Below, one piece after another: positions 29,142 to 37,981 of a stretch of DNA of 62,748 nucleotides; position 1 is the stretch's first letter, and each line of letters begins with the position of its first letter. Below the pieces are notes generated by a model that did not search any database, had not been told where the DNA came from, and worked only from the letters and a program-made list of their open reading frames with translations. Location: NCBI GenBank assembly GCA_028693815.1, contig JAQUUP010000010.1, positions 1 through 62,748 of the forward strand, read 5' to 3'. Both the position numbers and the translations under genes were made by a program. Origin of the DNA: Candidatus Omnitrophota bacterium (GTDB taxonomy: Bacteria > Omnitrophota > Gorgyraeia > Zapsychrales > Aceulaceae).

Positions 29142-29480
29142 GTGAGAGATTTCTTTAATTATTTAAGGATATTTATTTTTCTTATTGTTGCGATCGGTTT
29201 TATAGGGTGCGATGCGAATGCAGCCAAAAGAAAAAGACCAAAGTCTTTTTCTGTTTTAGAGGTGGAAGCTCAATGGATTCAAGATGGCAAACCTATTCTT
29301 TTTGAGGATGAGTTATGGTACCCTAAAGATGATATTGACATTTTATCGGATTCAGAGGTTTACTTGTTAGGTGAACAAGATGGAGTTCAGTTTTTTGTTG
29401 GGACGATTGATGTGCGCCCGTATAATCGTATCTATACTAAATTTGAAAAGAATAAGTTTCGTATTTTTGAAAAGAAATAA
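29142..29480 (+). CDS. Small predicted lipoprotein of unknown function inside the mla operon
   Basis: GTG start, signal peptide with lipobox AIGFIGC. I recognise no motif in the mature part. Confidence 0.55.
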   Translation: MRDFFNYLRIFIFLIVAIGFIGCDANAAKRKRPKSFSVLEVEAQWIQDGKPILFEDELWYPKDDIDILSDSEVYLLGEQDGVQFFVGTIDVRPYNRIYTKFEKNKFRIFEKK

Positions 29481-29482
29481 AA

Positions 29483-30199
29483 ATGATTAAAGTTTCGCAT
29501 TTGTACAAGTCGTTTAACGATCAACCGATTCTTAAAGATGTTAATTTTGAGGTTAAGGAGGGTGAAATTCTTGCTATTTTAGGACAAAGCGGGGTCGGCA
29601 AGAGCGTATTGCTTAAACATTTAATTGGTTTGCTTGTTTTGGATAAAGGTTCCATCGAAATTGATTCGATGGATGTTACAAGCTTTGGTGAAAAAGATTG
29701 GCTTTTGTTAAGAAAGAAAATGGGATATCTTTTTCAAGATGGAGCGCTATATGATTTTATGACAATTTTTGAGAACGTCGCATTTCCGCTGAAAGAACAT
29801 ACAAAAATGAATGAGCAAGAAATCAGAGAAAAGGTTAGGAGCACTTTGAATTTAGTTGGGCTCGATGATATTGAAGAAAAATATCCGTCTGAGTTAAGTG
29901 GCGGGATGCAAAAACGAGCTGCGCTAGCTCGAGCGGTTATCTTAAACTCAAAGATTCTTTTGTGTGATGAGCCGACATCGGGTTTAGATCCGATTCGTAG
30001 TCGAGATATTGCTGATGCTATTTTAAATATTTCACGGCATTTTAATACAACAACAGTGATCACATCCCACGACATGAAGAATTCGTTTCGCATCGCCGAT
30101 CGATTAGTTATTATGAAAGACGGGTCGCTTGTAGCGCAAGGCACGGCTAGGGAGATTGAATCAATAGATAATGCTTTTGTTAAAGAATTTCTAAATTAA
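29483..30199 (+). CDS. mlaF: Phospholipid ABC transporter ATP-binding protein MlaF
   Basis: GQSGVGKS Walker A, LSGGMQKRAALARA signature, LLCDEPTSGLD Walker B. Confidence 0.85.
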   Translation: MIKVSHLYKSFNDQPILKDVNFEVKEGEILAILGQSGVGKSVLLKHLIGLLVLDKGSIEIDSMDVTSFGEKDWLLLRKKMGYLFQDGALYDFMTIFENVAFPLKEHTKMNEQEIREKVRSTLNLVGLDDIEEKYPSELSGGMQKRAALARAVILNSKILLCDEPTSGLDPIRSRDIADAILNISRHFNTTTVITSHDMKNSFRIADRLVIMKDGSLVAQGTAREIESIDNAFVKEFLN

Positions 30200-30212
30200 C
30201 CTTGGAGTTATA

Positions 30213-30812
30213 ATGGAAAAAAAAGAGTTTTCAATAAAGTTATATGCAGGTCTATTTTTTATTATTGGGGTTATTTTGATTGGTGTTGTTGTTTTGACGA
30301 TTGGGATGGAGAGAGGATTGACTCAGCCAAAGTTTACGGCTCAAGTTTTATTTAGTCAAGTTGGCGGCCTGTCCATCGGAGCACCAGTTCGCTTGTCCGG
30401 AGTTAATGTGGGAACTGTTGGCAAAATCGATTTTCTTGATGAAGAAGTTGACGGGCGTCACGTTGTTGTGAGTTTAAGCCTTTTTAAACGATATAAGAAG
30501 CAAATTGAAAAGGCGTATAGTTTTGAAATTAAGACCGAAGGTGTCTTAGGGCAAAAGTTGATTGCTATTAGCAAAGATCCGTCCGGGAATGGTCGAAAGC
30601 TTGATATTGCTAAGCCGTTAGTTGGCGAAGATCCTCTGGATGTTCAAGATCTTGCTAGAACATTTGGCCAGACAGCTGTTTCTCTTCAAGACACAGCAAA
30701 AGGAATGGCTGTTGTTATGAATGAAGTTGATGATAACTTCAAGAAGATCAAAAGAGTGCTTAACCGCATTGAAGAGAGATTAATTGACGGAAATTTATTT
30801 ACAGTTTTTTAG
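30213..30812 (+). CDS. mlaD: MCE-domain substrate-binding protein MlaD
   Basis: N-terminal TM anchor, then the MCE core GLSIGAPVRLSGVNVGTVGKI. Confidence 0.8.
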   Translation: MEKKEFSIKLYAGLFFIIGVILIGVVVLTIGMERGLTQPKFTAQVLFSQVGGLSIGAPVRLSGVNVGTVGKIDFLDEEVDGRHVVVSLSLFKRYKKQIEKAYSFEIKTEGVLGQKLIAISKDPSGNGRKLDIAKPLVGEDPLDVQDLARTFGQTAVSLQDTAKGMAVVMNEVDDNFKKIKRVLNRIEERLIDGNLFTVF

Positions 30813-30833
30813 AAAAGTAAGGAGGATTGGTTT

Positions 30834-31913
30834 ATGGGTGATTCAATAACAATTTTTGGTATTAAGATTTTTGCGTGGATTTATATCCCTCTTAGCTATT
30901 TATTGTGGGTTATGGCAGGTCTTTTGATTAAAGGCATTGTATTTAAATCTATCAAAAAATTCGCGAAAAAAACAAAAACAAAAGCTGATGATATTCTTGT
31001 TGATTCGCTTGATGTCCCGTTGCTCTTATTAATTTTTACAAGCGGTGGAATTCTTGTTGAGCGGATTGCTCCGATAACTGCAGGCGCAGATTTGGCAAAG
31101 TATGTTGTTCTTGGATTTAAAGCAGTTACAATTATTGCGATTGTTTTATTTTTTGATAAATTTATTAACAAATTAATTGAAGCCTATTCGCCGAAATATG
31201 ATGTTTTGCAGACTTCAGGAAGCGTTGTTAAGACGATTACGCGCTTACTTGTCATTGGCATCGGACTTTTGGTTCTTTTGGACAGTTTTGGTGTTTCCAT
31301 CACACCTGTTTTAGCTTCTTTGGGGATTGGTTCTCTGGCAGTTGCTCTTGCATTGCAGCCAACGCTTGAGAATTTCTTTTCAGGTGTTCAAATTATTGTT
31401 GATAAACCAATTAAAGTTGGCCAATTTGTTAAACTTGAATCTGGTGAAGAAGGCTATGTGCACAAAATTGGATGGCGTTCAACTTGGATTCGAATGCTTC
31501 CGAATAATATTGTGGTAATGCCCAACAAGGTGATGGTTAATTCAAGAGTAACGAATTATTATTATCCTGAGCAAGAATTAGCTGTGTTAGTTCAGGTTGG
31601 TGTACACTATACATCGGATTTGGAAAAAGTAGAAAAAGTTACCATAGAAGTCGGAAGAGAAGTAATGAAAGAGGTCGTAGGCGGAATTAAAGATTTTGAG
31701 CCGTTTATTCGATATCATACTTTTGATCATTCGAGTATTAATTTTAGTGTGATTTTGCGCGCCAAAGAATTTGTGGATAATTATTTAATTAAACATGAAT
31801 TTATTAAGCGTTTAGCGAAGCGCTATACTAAAGAGGGCATTGTGATTCCATTTCCGATTCGTGCGATTAACTATGATCAAGAAAAATCTCTTGAGAACAT
31901 TCAAAAAAGCTAA
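30834..31913 (+). CDS. Mechanosensitive ion channel (MscS family)
   Basis: Several N-terminal TMs, pore helix LGIGSLAVALALQPTLENFFSGVQIIVDKPIKVGQFV, beta-domain. Confidence 0.85.
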   Translation: MGDSITIFGIKIFAWIYIPLSYLLWVMAGLLIKGIVFKSIKKFAKKTKTKADDILVDSLDVPLLLLIFTSGGILVERIAPITAGADLAKYVVLGFKAVTIIAIVLFFDKFINKLIEAYSPKYDVLQTSGSVVKTITRLLVIGIGLLVLLDSFGVSITPVLASLGIGSLAVALALQPTLENFFSGVQIIVDKPIKVGQFVKLESGEEGYVHKIGWRSTWIRMLPNNIVVMPNKVMVNSRVTNYYYPEQELAVLVQVGVHYTSDLEKVEKVTIEVGREVMKEVVGGIKDFEPFIRYHTFDHSSINFSVILRAKEFVDNYLIKHEFIKRLAKRYTKEGIVIPFPIRAINYDQEKSLENIQKS

Positions 31914-31933
31914 AATAACCACGGGGGAGCTTT

Positions 31934-32236
31934 ATGTTTATTTTTGGAAATTTAATTATTTCATTGGCAAAAATTCTTGATATTATTTTAACATTTTTAT
32001 ATTGGTTAATTTTGATTCGTGCTCTGATTAGCTGGGTTAATCCAGACCCTTTTAATCCCGTTGTGCAGTTCTTGCATCGAACCACAGAGCCAATTTTAGA
32101 GCCTATTCGCCGGATTTTGCCAAGAATGGCGATTGATTTTTCTCCCATCGTGGCATTTTTAGGCATTGTGTTCTTAAAATCTTTTTTAATTTCAACATTG
32201 ATTGAAATGGGATATCGATTGAAAAATTTAATATAA
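31934..32236 (+). CDS. yggT: YggT-family membrane protein
   Basis: LILIRALISWVNPDPFNPVVQFLHRTTEPILEPIRRILP...DFSPIVA is the YggT signature. Confidence 0.8.
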   Translation: MFIFGNLIISLAKILDIILTFLYWLILIRALISWVNPDPFNPVVQFLHRTTEPILEPIRRILPRMAIDFSPIVAFLGIVFLKSFLISTLIEMGYRLKNLI

Positions 32237-32251
32237 TAAAGGAGTTGTGCG

Positions 32252-32545
32252 ATGTTTGATCAGATGAAAAAATTGATGGAGATGAAAAAGCAAGCGGACC
32301 AGATTAAGCGAGAGCTTGAAGCTTCAAGAACTGAAGCTGATGATGGGTCTGGAATTAAGATTGTTATCGATGGAGCACAAAGGTTTCACTCTGTTGAAAT
32401 CGACCCTAGTCTTTTAGGACAAGATAATCAGCAAGAGTTTCAGAAAAAAATTCTAAAGAGTATTAATTATGCGATTGCTCAGTCCCAGGCAATGGCTGCA
32501 GAAAAAATGAAAAAAATGGCTGGATTAAACATTCCAGGGCTTTAA
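32252..32545 (+). CDS. ybaB: Nucleoid-associated protein YbaB/EbfC
   Basis: 97 aa, MFDQMKKLMEMKKQADQIKRELE start and MAGLNIPGL tail typical of the family. Confidence 0.85.
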   Translation: MFDQMKKLMEMKKQADQIKRELEASRTEADDGSGIKIVIDGAQRFHSVEIDPSLLGQDNQQEFQKKILKSINYAIAQSQAMAAEKMKKMAGLNIPGL

Positions 32546-32573
32546 CTAACAACACAACAAAAGGAGAAGTATC

Positions 32574-32807
32574 ATGCCGTATGATAAATCGCTTGATATT
32601 GAAATTTTTAAGGATGCAAAGGAATTCGAAGAGACAAGAATTACAGTTGGTGTTTTTTCTTACAACGGAGGCGAAAAAAAGCTTCAGATTTCACGAGAAA
32701 ATAAAAATGCAGCTGAAGAATGGCGTTTTGCTAAATTAGGTCGCATGAACAAAGCGGAAATTCAAGAAATTCTTCCTTCGCTTAAGACTGCTATCGAGAA
32801 CATGTAG
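32574..32807 (+). CDS. Small hypothetical protein (possibly YdbC/PC4-like ssDNA-binding fold)
   Basis: 77 aa with a GGAG RBS. ITVGVFSYNGGEKKLQISREN...EWRFAKLGRM loosely resembles YdbC-type proteins. Weak call. Confidence 0.45.
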   Translation: MPYDKSLDIEIFKDAKEFEETRITVGVFSYNGGEKKLQISRENKNAAEEWRFAKLGRMNKAEIQEILPSLKTAIENM

Positions 32808-32816
32808 TAAGAGTTT

Positions 32817-32850
32817 TTGGGATGCTCTTTTTTAAAAAAGAGCATCCCAA
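32817..32850. terminator. Perfect palindromic hairpin (bidirectional terminator type)
   Basis: ttgggatgctctttttt/aaaaaagagcatcccaa. GC-rich core GGGATGCTC/GAGCATCCC with flanking A/T runs. Confidence 0.75.
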
Positions 32851-32900
32851 CAAGATTTCTTATTTTAAATTAAAGAAAATTGATATGCAAAGGAAATTAT

Positions 32901-33374
32901 ATGTCAGGTGATGTTTATTTAACGAGAGAAGGATATGAAAAATTGATTAAAGATCTTGATCAGCTTAAAGGAGTTGAGCGTCTTAAGATTTCAAGGGCTA
33001 TCGGAGAGGCCAGGCTTTTAGGGGATTTAAAAGAGAACGCAGAATATGATGCTGCTAAAAACGCTCAGGCTCATTGTGAAGCAAGAATTTCAGAGCTTGA
33101 AGGCACCTTGTCTCGTGCTCGAATCATTGAAGATGAGGATATTCCAAAAGACAAGGCTTTTATTGGAGCAACTGTGACCTTAATTGATTTGGATACGAAC
33201 GAGGAATCTGTGTATATTCTGGTATCTCCGGAAGAGTCAAATTATGAAGAGGGAAAGATTTCGATTACATCGCCAATTGGAAAAGCTTTGCTTGGTCGTA
33301 AATTAGATGATGAAGTTGAAATTCAAGTTCCTGCGGGAGCCTTAAGATATAAAATTACAAAAATTAATCGATAG
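32901..33374 (+). CDS. greA: Transcription elongation factor GreA
   Basis: YLTREGYEKLIKDLDQLKG...GDLKENAEYDAAKNAQ, C-terminal ISITSPIGKALLG. The track ORF begins at TTG 32880. Confidence 0.9.
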   Translation: MSGDVYLTREGYEKLIKDLDQLKGVERLKISRAIGEARLLGDLKENAEYDAAKNAQAHCEARISELEGTLSRARIIEDEDIPKDKAFIGATVTLIDLDTNEESVYILVSPEESNYEEGKISITSPIGKALLGRKLDDEVEIQVPAGALRYKITKINR

Positions 33375-33382
33375 GAGTTTGC

Positions 33383-34399
33383 GTGATTTCAATTGGTGTT
33401 ATTGGATGTGGTCATTGGGGGCCTAACCATATTCGAACATTTTCTCAGCTTGCAGATTCTGAAGTTGTCATGTGTTCGGATTTGGAGCAAGATCGATTAA
33501 CGGCCATTAAGAACCTTTTTCCTCATATTAAAATAACAAAAGACTATCGAGATATTTTAAGCACTGATGATGTTGACGCGGTTTGCATCGTGACTCCTAC
33601 AGCAAGTCATTTTCAAATTGCCAAAGAATCCTTAGAATCCGGCAAGCATGTTTTGTGTGAGAAGCCGTTAGCTATTTCCGCGAAAGAATGTCAAGAGTTG
33701 GGTCGTTTAGCTCAAGAAAATTCGAAGATTTTAATGGTCGGGCACGTTTTTTTGTTTAATGAAGGCATTGTGCAGTTAAAGAAATATTTGTCGCAGGGCG
33801 AGCTTGGTAATATTTATTATGCTCATTCAGAAAGAACAAACCTTGGCCCATTTCGCTACGATGTTAACGCTCTTTGGGATTTGGCACCTCATGATATTTC
33901 TATTTTTAATTATTTGTTTGATAGTTGTCCTATCAATGTTTCTGCCAGGGGCCAAAAATGTTTAAAAACATCTCTGGAAGATTTGGCATTTGTGACATTG
34001 GAATATCCAAATAACATTTTGGTGAATATCCATGTGAGCTGGCTTGATCCTCGAAAAGTAAGGCAGATTACGATTGTTGGAGATGAAAAAATGATTGTGT
34101 GGGATGATTTGGATAATATGGGTCCGATACGACTTTATGATAAACATGTTGAGCGAACAGAAGTTTTTTATGAAACGTATGGTGAATTTCAGCTTTTATC
34201 AAAAGAGGGAAGTGTGATGATTCCGAAGATTGCGATTAAAGAGCCTTTGAAAAATCAAAATCAATATTTTCTTGATTGCATTAAGAATAATCGGTTGCCT
34301 GATGTTTCAGATGCGAAAAAAGGGGAAGATGTTGTTAGGACACTTTTAGCTATTTCTGAATCAATGAACAATGGCGGATCGCCAGTAAAGATTTCTTAA
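33383..34399 (+). CDS. Gfo/Idh/MocA oxidoreductase, WbpB-like
   Basis: ISIGVIGCGHWGPNHIR, EKPLAIS. GTG start. Followed directly by a WbpD-like acetyltransferase. Confidence 0.75.
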   Translation: MISIGVIGCGHWGPNHIRTFSQLADSEVVMCSDLEQDRLTAIKNLFPHIKITKDYRDILSTDDVDAVCIVTPTASHFQIAKESLESGKHVLCEKPLAISAKECQELGRLAQENSKILMVGHVFLFNEGIVQLKKYLSQGELGNIYYAHSERTNLGPFRYDVNALWDLAPHDISIFNYLFDSCPINVSARGQKCLKTSLEDLAFVTLEYPNNILVNIHVSWLDPRKVRQITIVGDEKMIVWDDLDNMGPIRLYDKHVERTEVFYETYGEFQLLSKEGSVMIPKIAIKEPLKNQNQYFLDCIKNNRLPDVSDAKKGEDVVRTLLAISESMNNGGSPVKIS

Positions 34400-34954
34400 A
34401 TGAATTATTCAAAGCATCCAACCGCATTAGTTAACGATAAATCCCAGATAGGAGACCGGACGCGTATTTGGGCTTTTGTTAATATTCAAGATGGGGCTAT
34501 TGTCGGATCCGATTGCAATATTTGTGATTGTTGTTTTTTGGAAAAAGGGGCTAAGCTTGGAAATCGCGTAACAATTAAAAATGGTGTCTCGATTTTTGAT
34601 GGTGTTATTTTAGAAGATGATGTTTTTTGTGGGACAAATGTTGTTTTTGTTAACGATCGAAATCCTCGCAGCAAAAAAGAAGACTGGGTTCTTGAAAAAA
34701 CAATTGTAAAAAAGGGCGCTACCATTGGAAGCAATGCAACTGTTTTGTGCGGTGTTACCATTGGAGAATATGCTTTTGTTGGAGCGGGTAGCATTGTGAC
34801 AAAAGATGTTTTGCCATTTGAAATGGTTGTTGGTAATCCTGCTAGAAAAATAGGTTATGCATGTTGTTGCGGAAAAAGATTAGAAGAATCTTTAAAGTGT
34901 TCTTGTGGCTTACTGTATAGCATAGGGGAAAAGGGATTAGAAATTAATGACTAA
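34400..34954 (+). CDS. Hexapeptide-repeat N-acetyltransferase, WbpD/WlbB-like, with a Cys-rich tail
   Basis: Left-handed beta-helix repeats (IGDRTRIWAFVNI..., IGSNATVLCGVTIGEYAFVGAGSIV). Tail CCCGKRLEESLKCSCG. Confidence 0.8.
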   Translation: MNYSKHPTALVNDKSQIGDRTRIWAFVNIQDGAIVGSDCNICDCCFLEKGAKLGNRVTIKNGVSIFDGVILEDDVFCGTNVVFVNDRNPRSKKEDWVLEKTIVKKGATIGSNATVLCGVTIGEYAFVGAGSIVTKDVLPFEMVVGNPARKIGYACCCGKRLEESLKCSCGLLYSIGEKGLEIND

Positions 34955-35678
34955 GGTCTTAGTTTGTCCGATTGCTTTTAATGAACATGTTAAGATTAAA
35001 AGAACAATAGAGCGTTTTATTGCAAGCCCGGCTTTTGGAAAAGTTGAATATCTGGTAATGGATGATGGGTCGACAGATGAAACAACCAAAATCATTGAAA
35101 GTTTTTCAAATCAAGGTGTTCAAACCATTAAGCACGCTCATCGAATTGGAGTAGGGGCTGCAATTCGAACAGCGATAAATCACGCGATCAAAAAGAATTT
35201 TGATATTATTGTTATTATGGCTGGTAACGATAAGGATGATCCAAATGAAATATTTTCTCTTGTTGATCCAGTGATAAAAGAAGATTTTGATTTTGTGCAA
35301 GGGTCTCGATACAAGGGTGGATGCGGAGTCGGAGGGGACATGCCAATGTACCGAAGAATTGCTACACGCCTTCATCCAGCATTGCTTTCTTTTTTTACTA
35401 AAAAGCGAGTCACCGATAGCACCAATGGTTTTAGGGCGATTAAGCTCTCTGTTTTTAAAGACAAGCGAATTAATTTGGATCAGCAGTGGCTTAATGCGTA
35501 TGAACTTGAGCCTTATATCTTATTTAAAGTTTTAATCTTTGATTATAAGTTTAAAGAAGTTTTAGTGAAGAAAGTTTATCCTTCTAGAAAATTAGGATAT
35601 ACAAAAATGCGACCTTTTTTAGGATGGTGGAGCATTTTAAAACCAATTCTTTATTTAGGGTTTAGAATCAAGAAATAA
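34947..35678 (+). CDS. Family 2 glycosyltransferase (polyprenyl-phosphate sugar synthase type)
   Basis: VCPIAFNEHVKI..., YLVMDDGSTDET, MAGNDKDDP. Confidence 0.8.
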   Translation: MTKVLVCPIAFNEHVKIKRTIERFIASPAFGKVEYLVMDDGSTDETTKIIESFSNQGVQTIKHAHRIGVGAAIRTAINHAIKKNFDIIVIMAGNDKDDPNEIFSLVDPVIKEDFDFVQGSRYKGGCGVGGDMPMYRRIATRLHPALLSFFTKKRVTDSTNGFRAIKLSVFKDKRINLDQQWLNAYELEPYILFKVLIFDYKFKEVLVKKVYPSRKLGYTKMRPFLGWWSILKPILYLGFRIKK

Positions 35679-35711
35679 AGATTTTTTATGTTCATTGAAT
35701 AAAAGAAAAAT

Positions 35712-36416
35712 ATGAGAAAATGCTTAAGTTGCAATATCACTTTTGATGATGAAAATCTCGTTGGCTGCCTTTATTGCGAGAGCATTCTTGTCAAGATTCA
35801 TCAGGATCAATCGAGAGAAGATGTTGCGCCTTCTGCTCAAGGCACAGAATCATTGCCTTCAAAAAAGATTCTCACGCATCAGAATAAAGATTATTTGATG
35901 GGAATTCTTTTTCGCAGAAGAACATTTTTGTCATCCTTTGCTTTTAGCTGTAATGATATTAAGCGTAGTAAGAAAGCAACCAGATTTCTTGTTCAGCCAA
36001 TTGACATTGGATATGTTGTGAAAATTCCGTGGCTTGTTGTTGATATTGTTTATTCGCTCTTTTTTCATATATTGCATTCTCGGTATTGCCCTTTATGCAA
36101 CACGCGATATTTTATATTTTATCATTTTCAGGAAGCTCAACACCCAAAAGATGCATGTGAATATTGTCAGGAGTACAATCGTATTTCAGATGAAATTTTT
36201 CTAAAAAAAGAACGTGTTGATTTAAGAGTATTGCGCAAGGAGTCTGAAGAGAAGGTTAGAAGAGGGAAAAAGAGTGCGTTTTTTGATTTAACTCACAGAA
36301 ACATTAAGTTGGAAAGATTTCTAGATATTCTTTCGATACTTATTTCGATTGCTTTATATGGTTATGTTGTGATTCGTGTGAGCATGCCGATCTTTGCTGA
36401 GATTTATCAGTTTTAG
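35712..36416 (+). CDS. Uncharacterised double zinc-ribbon membrane protein (paralog A)
   Basis: CLSCN-x13-CLYCES N-terminal ribbon, FLSSFAFS, hydrophobic IPWLVVDIVYSLFF, second pair CPLCN...CEYCQEYNR, C-terminal TM. Confidence 0.6.
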   Translation: MRKCLSCNITFDDENLVGCLYCESILVKIHQDQSREDVAPSAQGTESLPSKKILTHQNKDYLMGILFRRRTFLSSFAFSCNDIKRSKKATRFLVQPIDIGYVVKIPWLVVDIVYSLFFHILHSRYCPLCNTRYFIFYHFQEAQHPKDACEYCQEYNRISDEIFLKKERVDLRVLRKESEEKVRRGKKSAFFDLTHRNIKLERFLDILSILISIALYGYVVIRVSMPIFAEIYQF

Positions 36417-36460
36417 TATTAGGAAGAATTTGTTTTGTGTTAATTTCTAAGGAGAATAAA

Positions 36461-37159
36461 ATGAAGAAATGTCCTCGATGTCAGGTTGCTTATAAAGATG
36501 ATCATGAGATCAAATGTCTGTATTGTGATGGAATTTTGATAGATGCGGATCTTTTAGCTTTTGAAAGAAATAGTGGAACAAGTCTTTCTCAACCAAAGCA
36601 AATAAGAATGAAAGATCCCATGACGCATCAGCGCAAAGCGTACCTGATTGGGGTTTTTCTAAAAGGAAAAACATTTTTGTCTTCGTTTGCGTTTAGTGCA
36701 AACGAGATGAAAAAAGGAGAAAAATTTAAACGTTTTTTTGTCCAGCCTCTTGATATCAGCTATATTATTAAATTGCCATGGCTCTTGGTTAATTTTATTT
36801 ATTCGCTCTCGTATCGTCTTTTGTATCACTCGTATTGCCCTGAATGTGGTTGGAAATATATTTTATCTGATGGTAAAGGTGTCCATGCGAAGGATGAGTG
36901 CGAATATAATCAGGAATACAATCGACTTTCAGAAGAAATATTTTCAGGAAACGTTTTTATTGATTTAGATGAGCTAATTGCACAATCAAATGAGAAAAGA
37001 AAGAATGGAAAAAGAAGCGCTGTTTATGATGCGCGCAACCGTAATGTAGGATGGGAATCATTCTTGGATGTTTTATCGATTTTAAGTTCAATTATGCTCT
37101 ATCTTTTTTTATTCACTTTATTAGTTATGCCTATTTTCGGTAGAATTTTTGAGTTCTAA
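36461..37159 (+). CDS. Uncharacterised double zinc-ribbon membrane protein (paralog B)
   Basis: Same layout as paralog A: CPRCQ-x13-CLYCDG, FLSSFAFS, LPWLLVNFIYSLSY, CPECG...CEYNQEYNR, C-terminal TM. ATG 36461 is preceded by AAGGAG; the track ORF starts at GTG 36437. Confidence 0.6.
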   Translation: MKKCPRCQVAYKDDHEIKCLYCDGILIDADLLAFERNSGTSLSQPKQIRMKDPMTHQRKAYLIGVFLKGKTFLSSFAFSANEMKKGEKFKRFFVQPLDISYIIKLPWLLVNFIYSLSYRLLYHSYCPECGWKYILSDGKGVHAKDECEYNQEYNRLSEEIFSGNVFIDLDELIAQSNEKRKNGKRSAVYDARNRNVGWESFLDVLSILSSIMLYLFLFTLLVMPIFGRIFEF

Positions 37160-37252
37160 ATTGTGCTTATTTTTAATAAGAATTTTTGATGGTTCGATGG
37201 AATCATTGTTCAATCAGAATATTGTTATGAAGTTCTGATTAAGGAAGGGTGT

Positions 37253-37981
37253 ATGAAACTTTTTGGAAAAAATTCAGTTATCGAAAGAATAAAATCTAAT
37301 CCTAAAAGCATAAGAACGATTTATGTCCAAACGGATCACGCGGATGCCTCTTATATTCGAAAAAAGGCAAAGAAGTGGGGCATTGCAGTTTATGGTGTTG
37401 CTCAATCTAAGATTTTGAAGATGACTCGAAATTTGAACAGTCAAGGCGTTGTTGCGGATGTTGAAGATTTTCAGTATACAGAGTATTCTGATCTTTTGGA
37501 TCAGGCGCTGAAAAAGAAGCTGTCATTATTGTTTTTGGATAATTTAAAGGATCCTCAAAATTTAGGGGCTATTATTCGAAGCGTTGCTTGTCTGGGTGAT
37601 TTTGGAATTGTTCTTCCAAAAAAAGAATCGGTTTCAATTACCGAAGCTGTTTTTCGTGTTGCTTCTGGGGGAGATAACTACGTTTCTGTCTCAAGAGTTT
37701 CTAACCTAAGTAATGCTATTTCCTTGGCTAAGAAACAAGGTTTTTGGATTGCAGGATCTGTGGTTGAAGGAGGAGAAGATTTATCAGAGCAATCTCTGCC
37801 TTTTCCGATCGGCCTTGTTATTGGATCTGAACAAAGAGGTATTCGGGATGTTATTCGAAAACAAATTGATGTTAGCGTTACAATCCCTATGAAACATGAA
37901 CGCTTGTCGTTTAACGCAGCACAAGCAACTGCTATTTTATGCTATGAAATCACAAAACAAAAAAACAAAAAAGATTGTTAA
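37253..37981 (+). CDS. rlmB: SpoU/TrmH-family 23S rRNA 2'-O-ribose methyltransferase (RlmB-like)
   Basis: N-terminal L30e-like region, then LDNLKDPQNLGAIIRS, VIGSEQRGIR, SFNAAQATAILCYE. Confidence 0.8.
   Translation: MKLFGKNSVIERIKSNPKSIRTIYVQTDHADASYIRKKAKKWGIAVYGVAQSKILKMTRNLNSQGVVADVEDFQYTEYSDLLDQALKKKLSLLFLDNLKDPQNLGAIIRSVACLGDFGIVLPKKESVSITEAVFRVASGGDNYVSVSRVSNLSNAISLAKKQGFWIAGSVVEGGEDLSEQSLPFPIGLVIGSEQRGIRDVIRKQIDVSVTIPMKHERLSFNAAQATAILCYEITKQKNKKDC

Noticed and set aside
34850-34954. Cys-rich tail (CCCGKRLEESLKCSCG) on the WbpD-like acetyltransferase, considered as a novel fusion.
   Set aside because: As far as I recall, short C-terminal zinc-ribbon-like tails occur on other acetyltransferases of this type. 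It is too short and too common-looking to argue for a new domain without a search.
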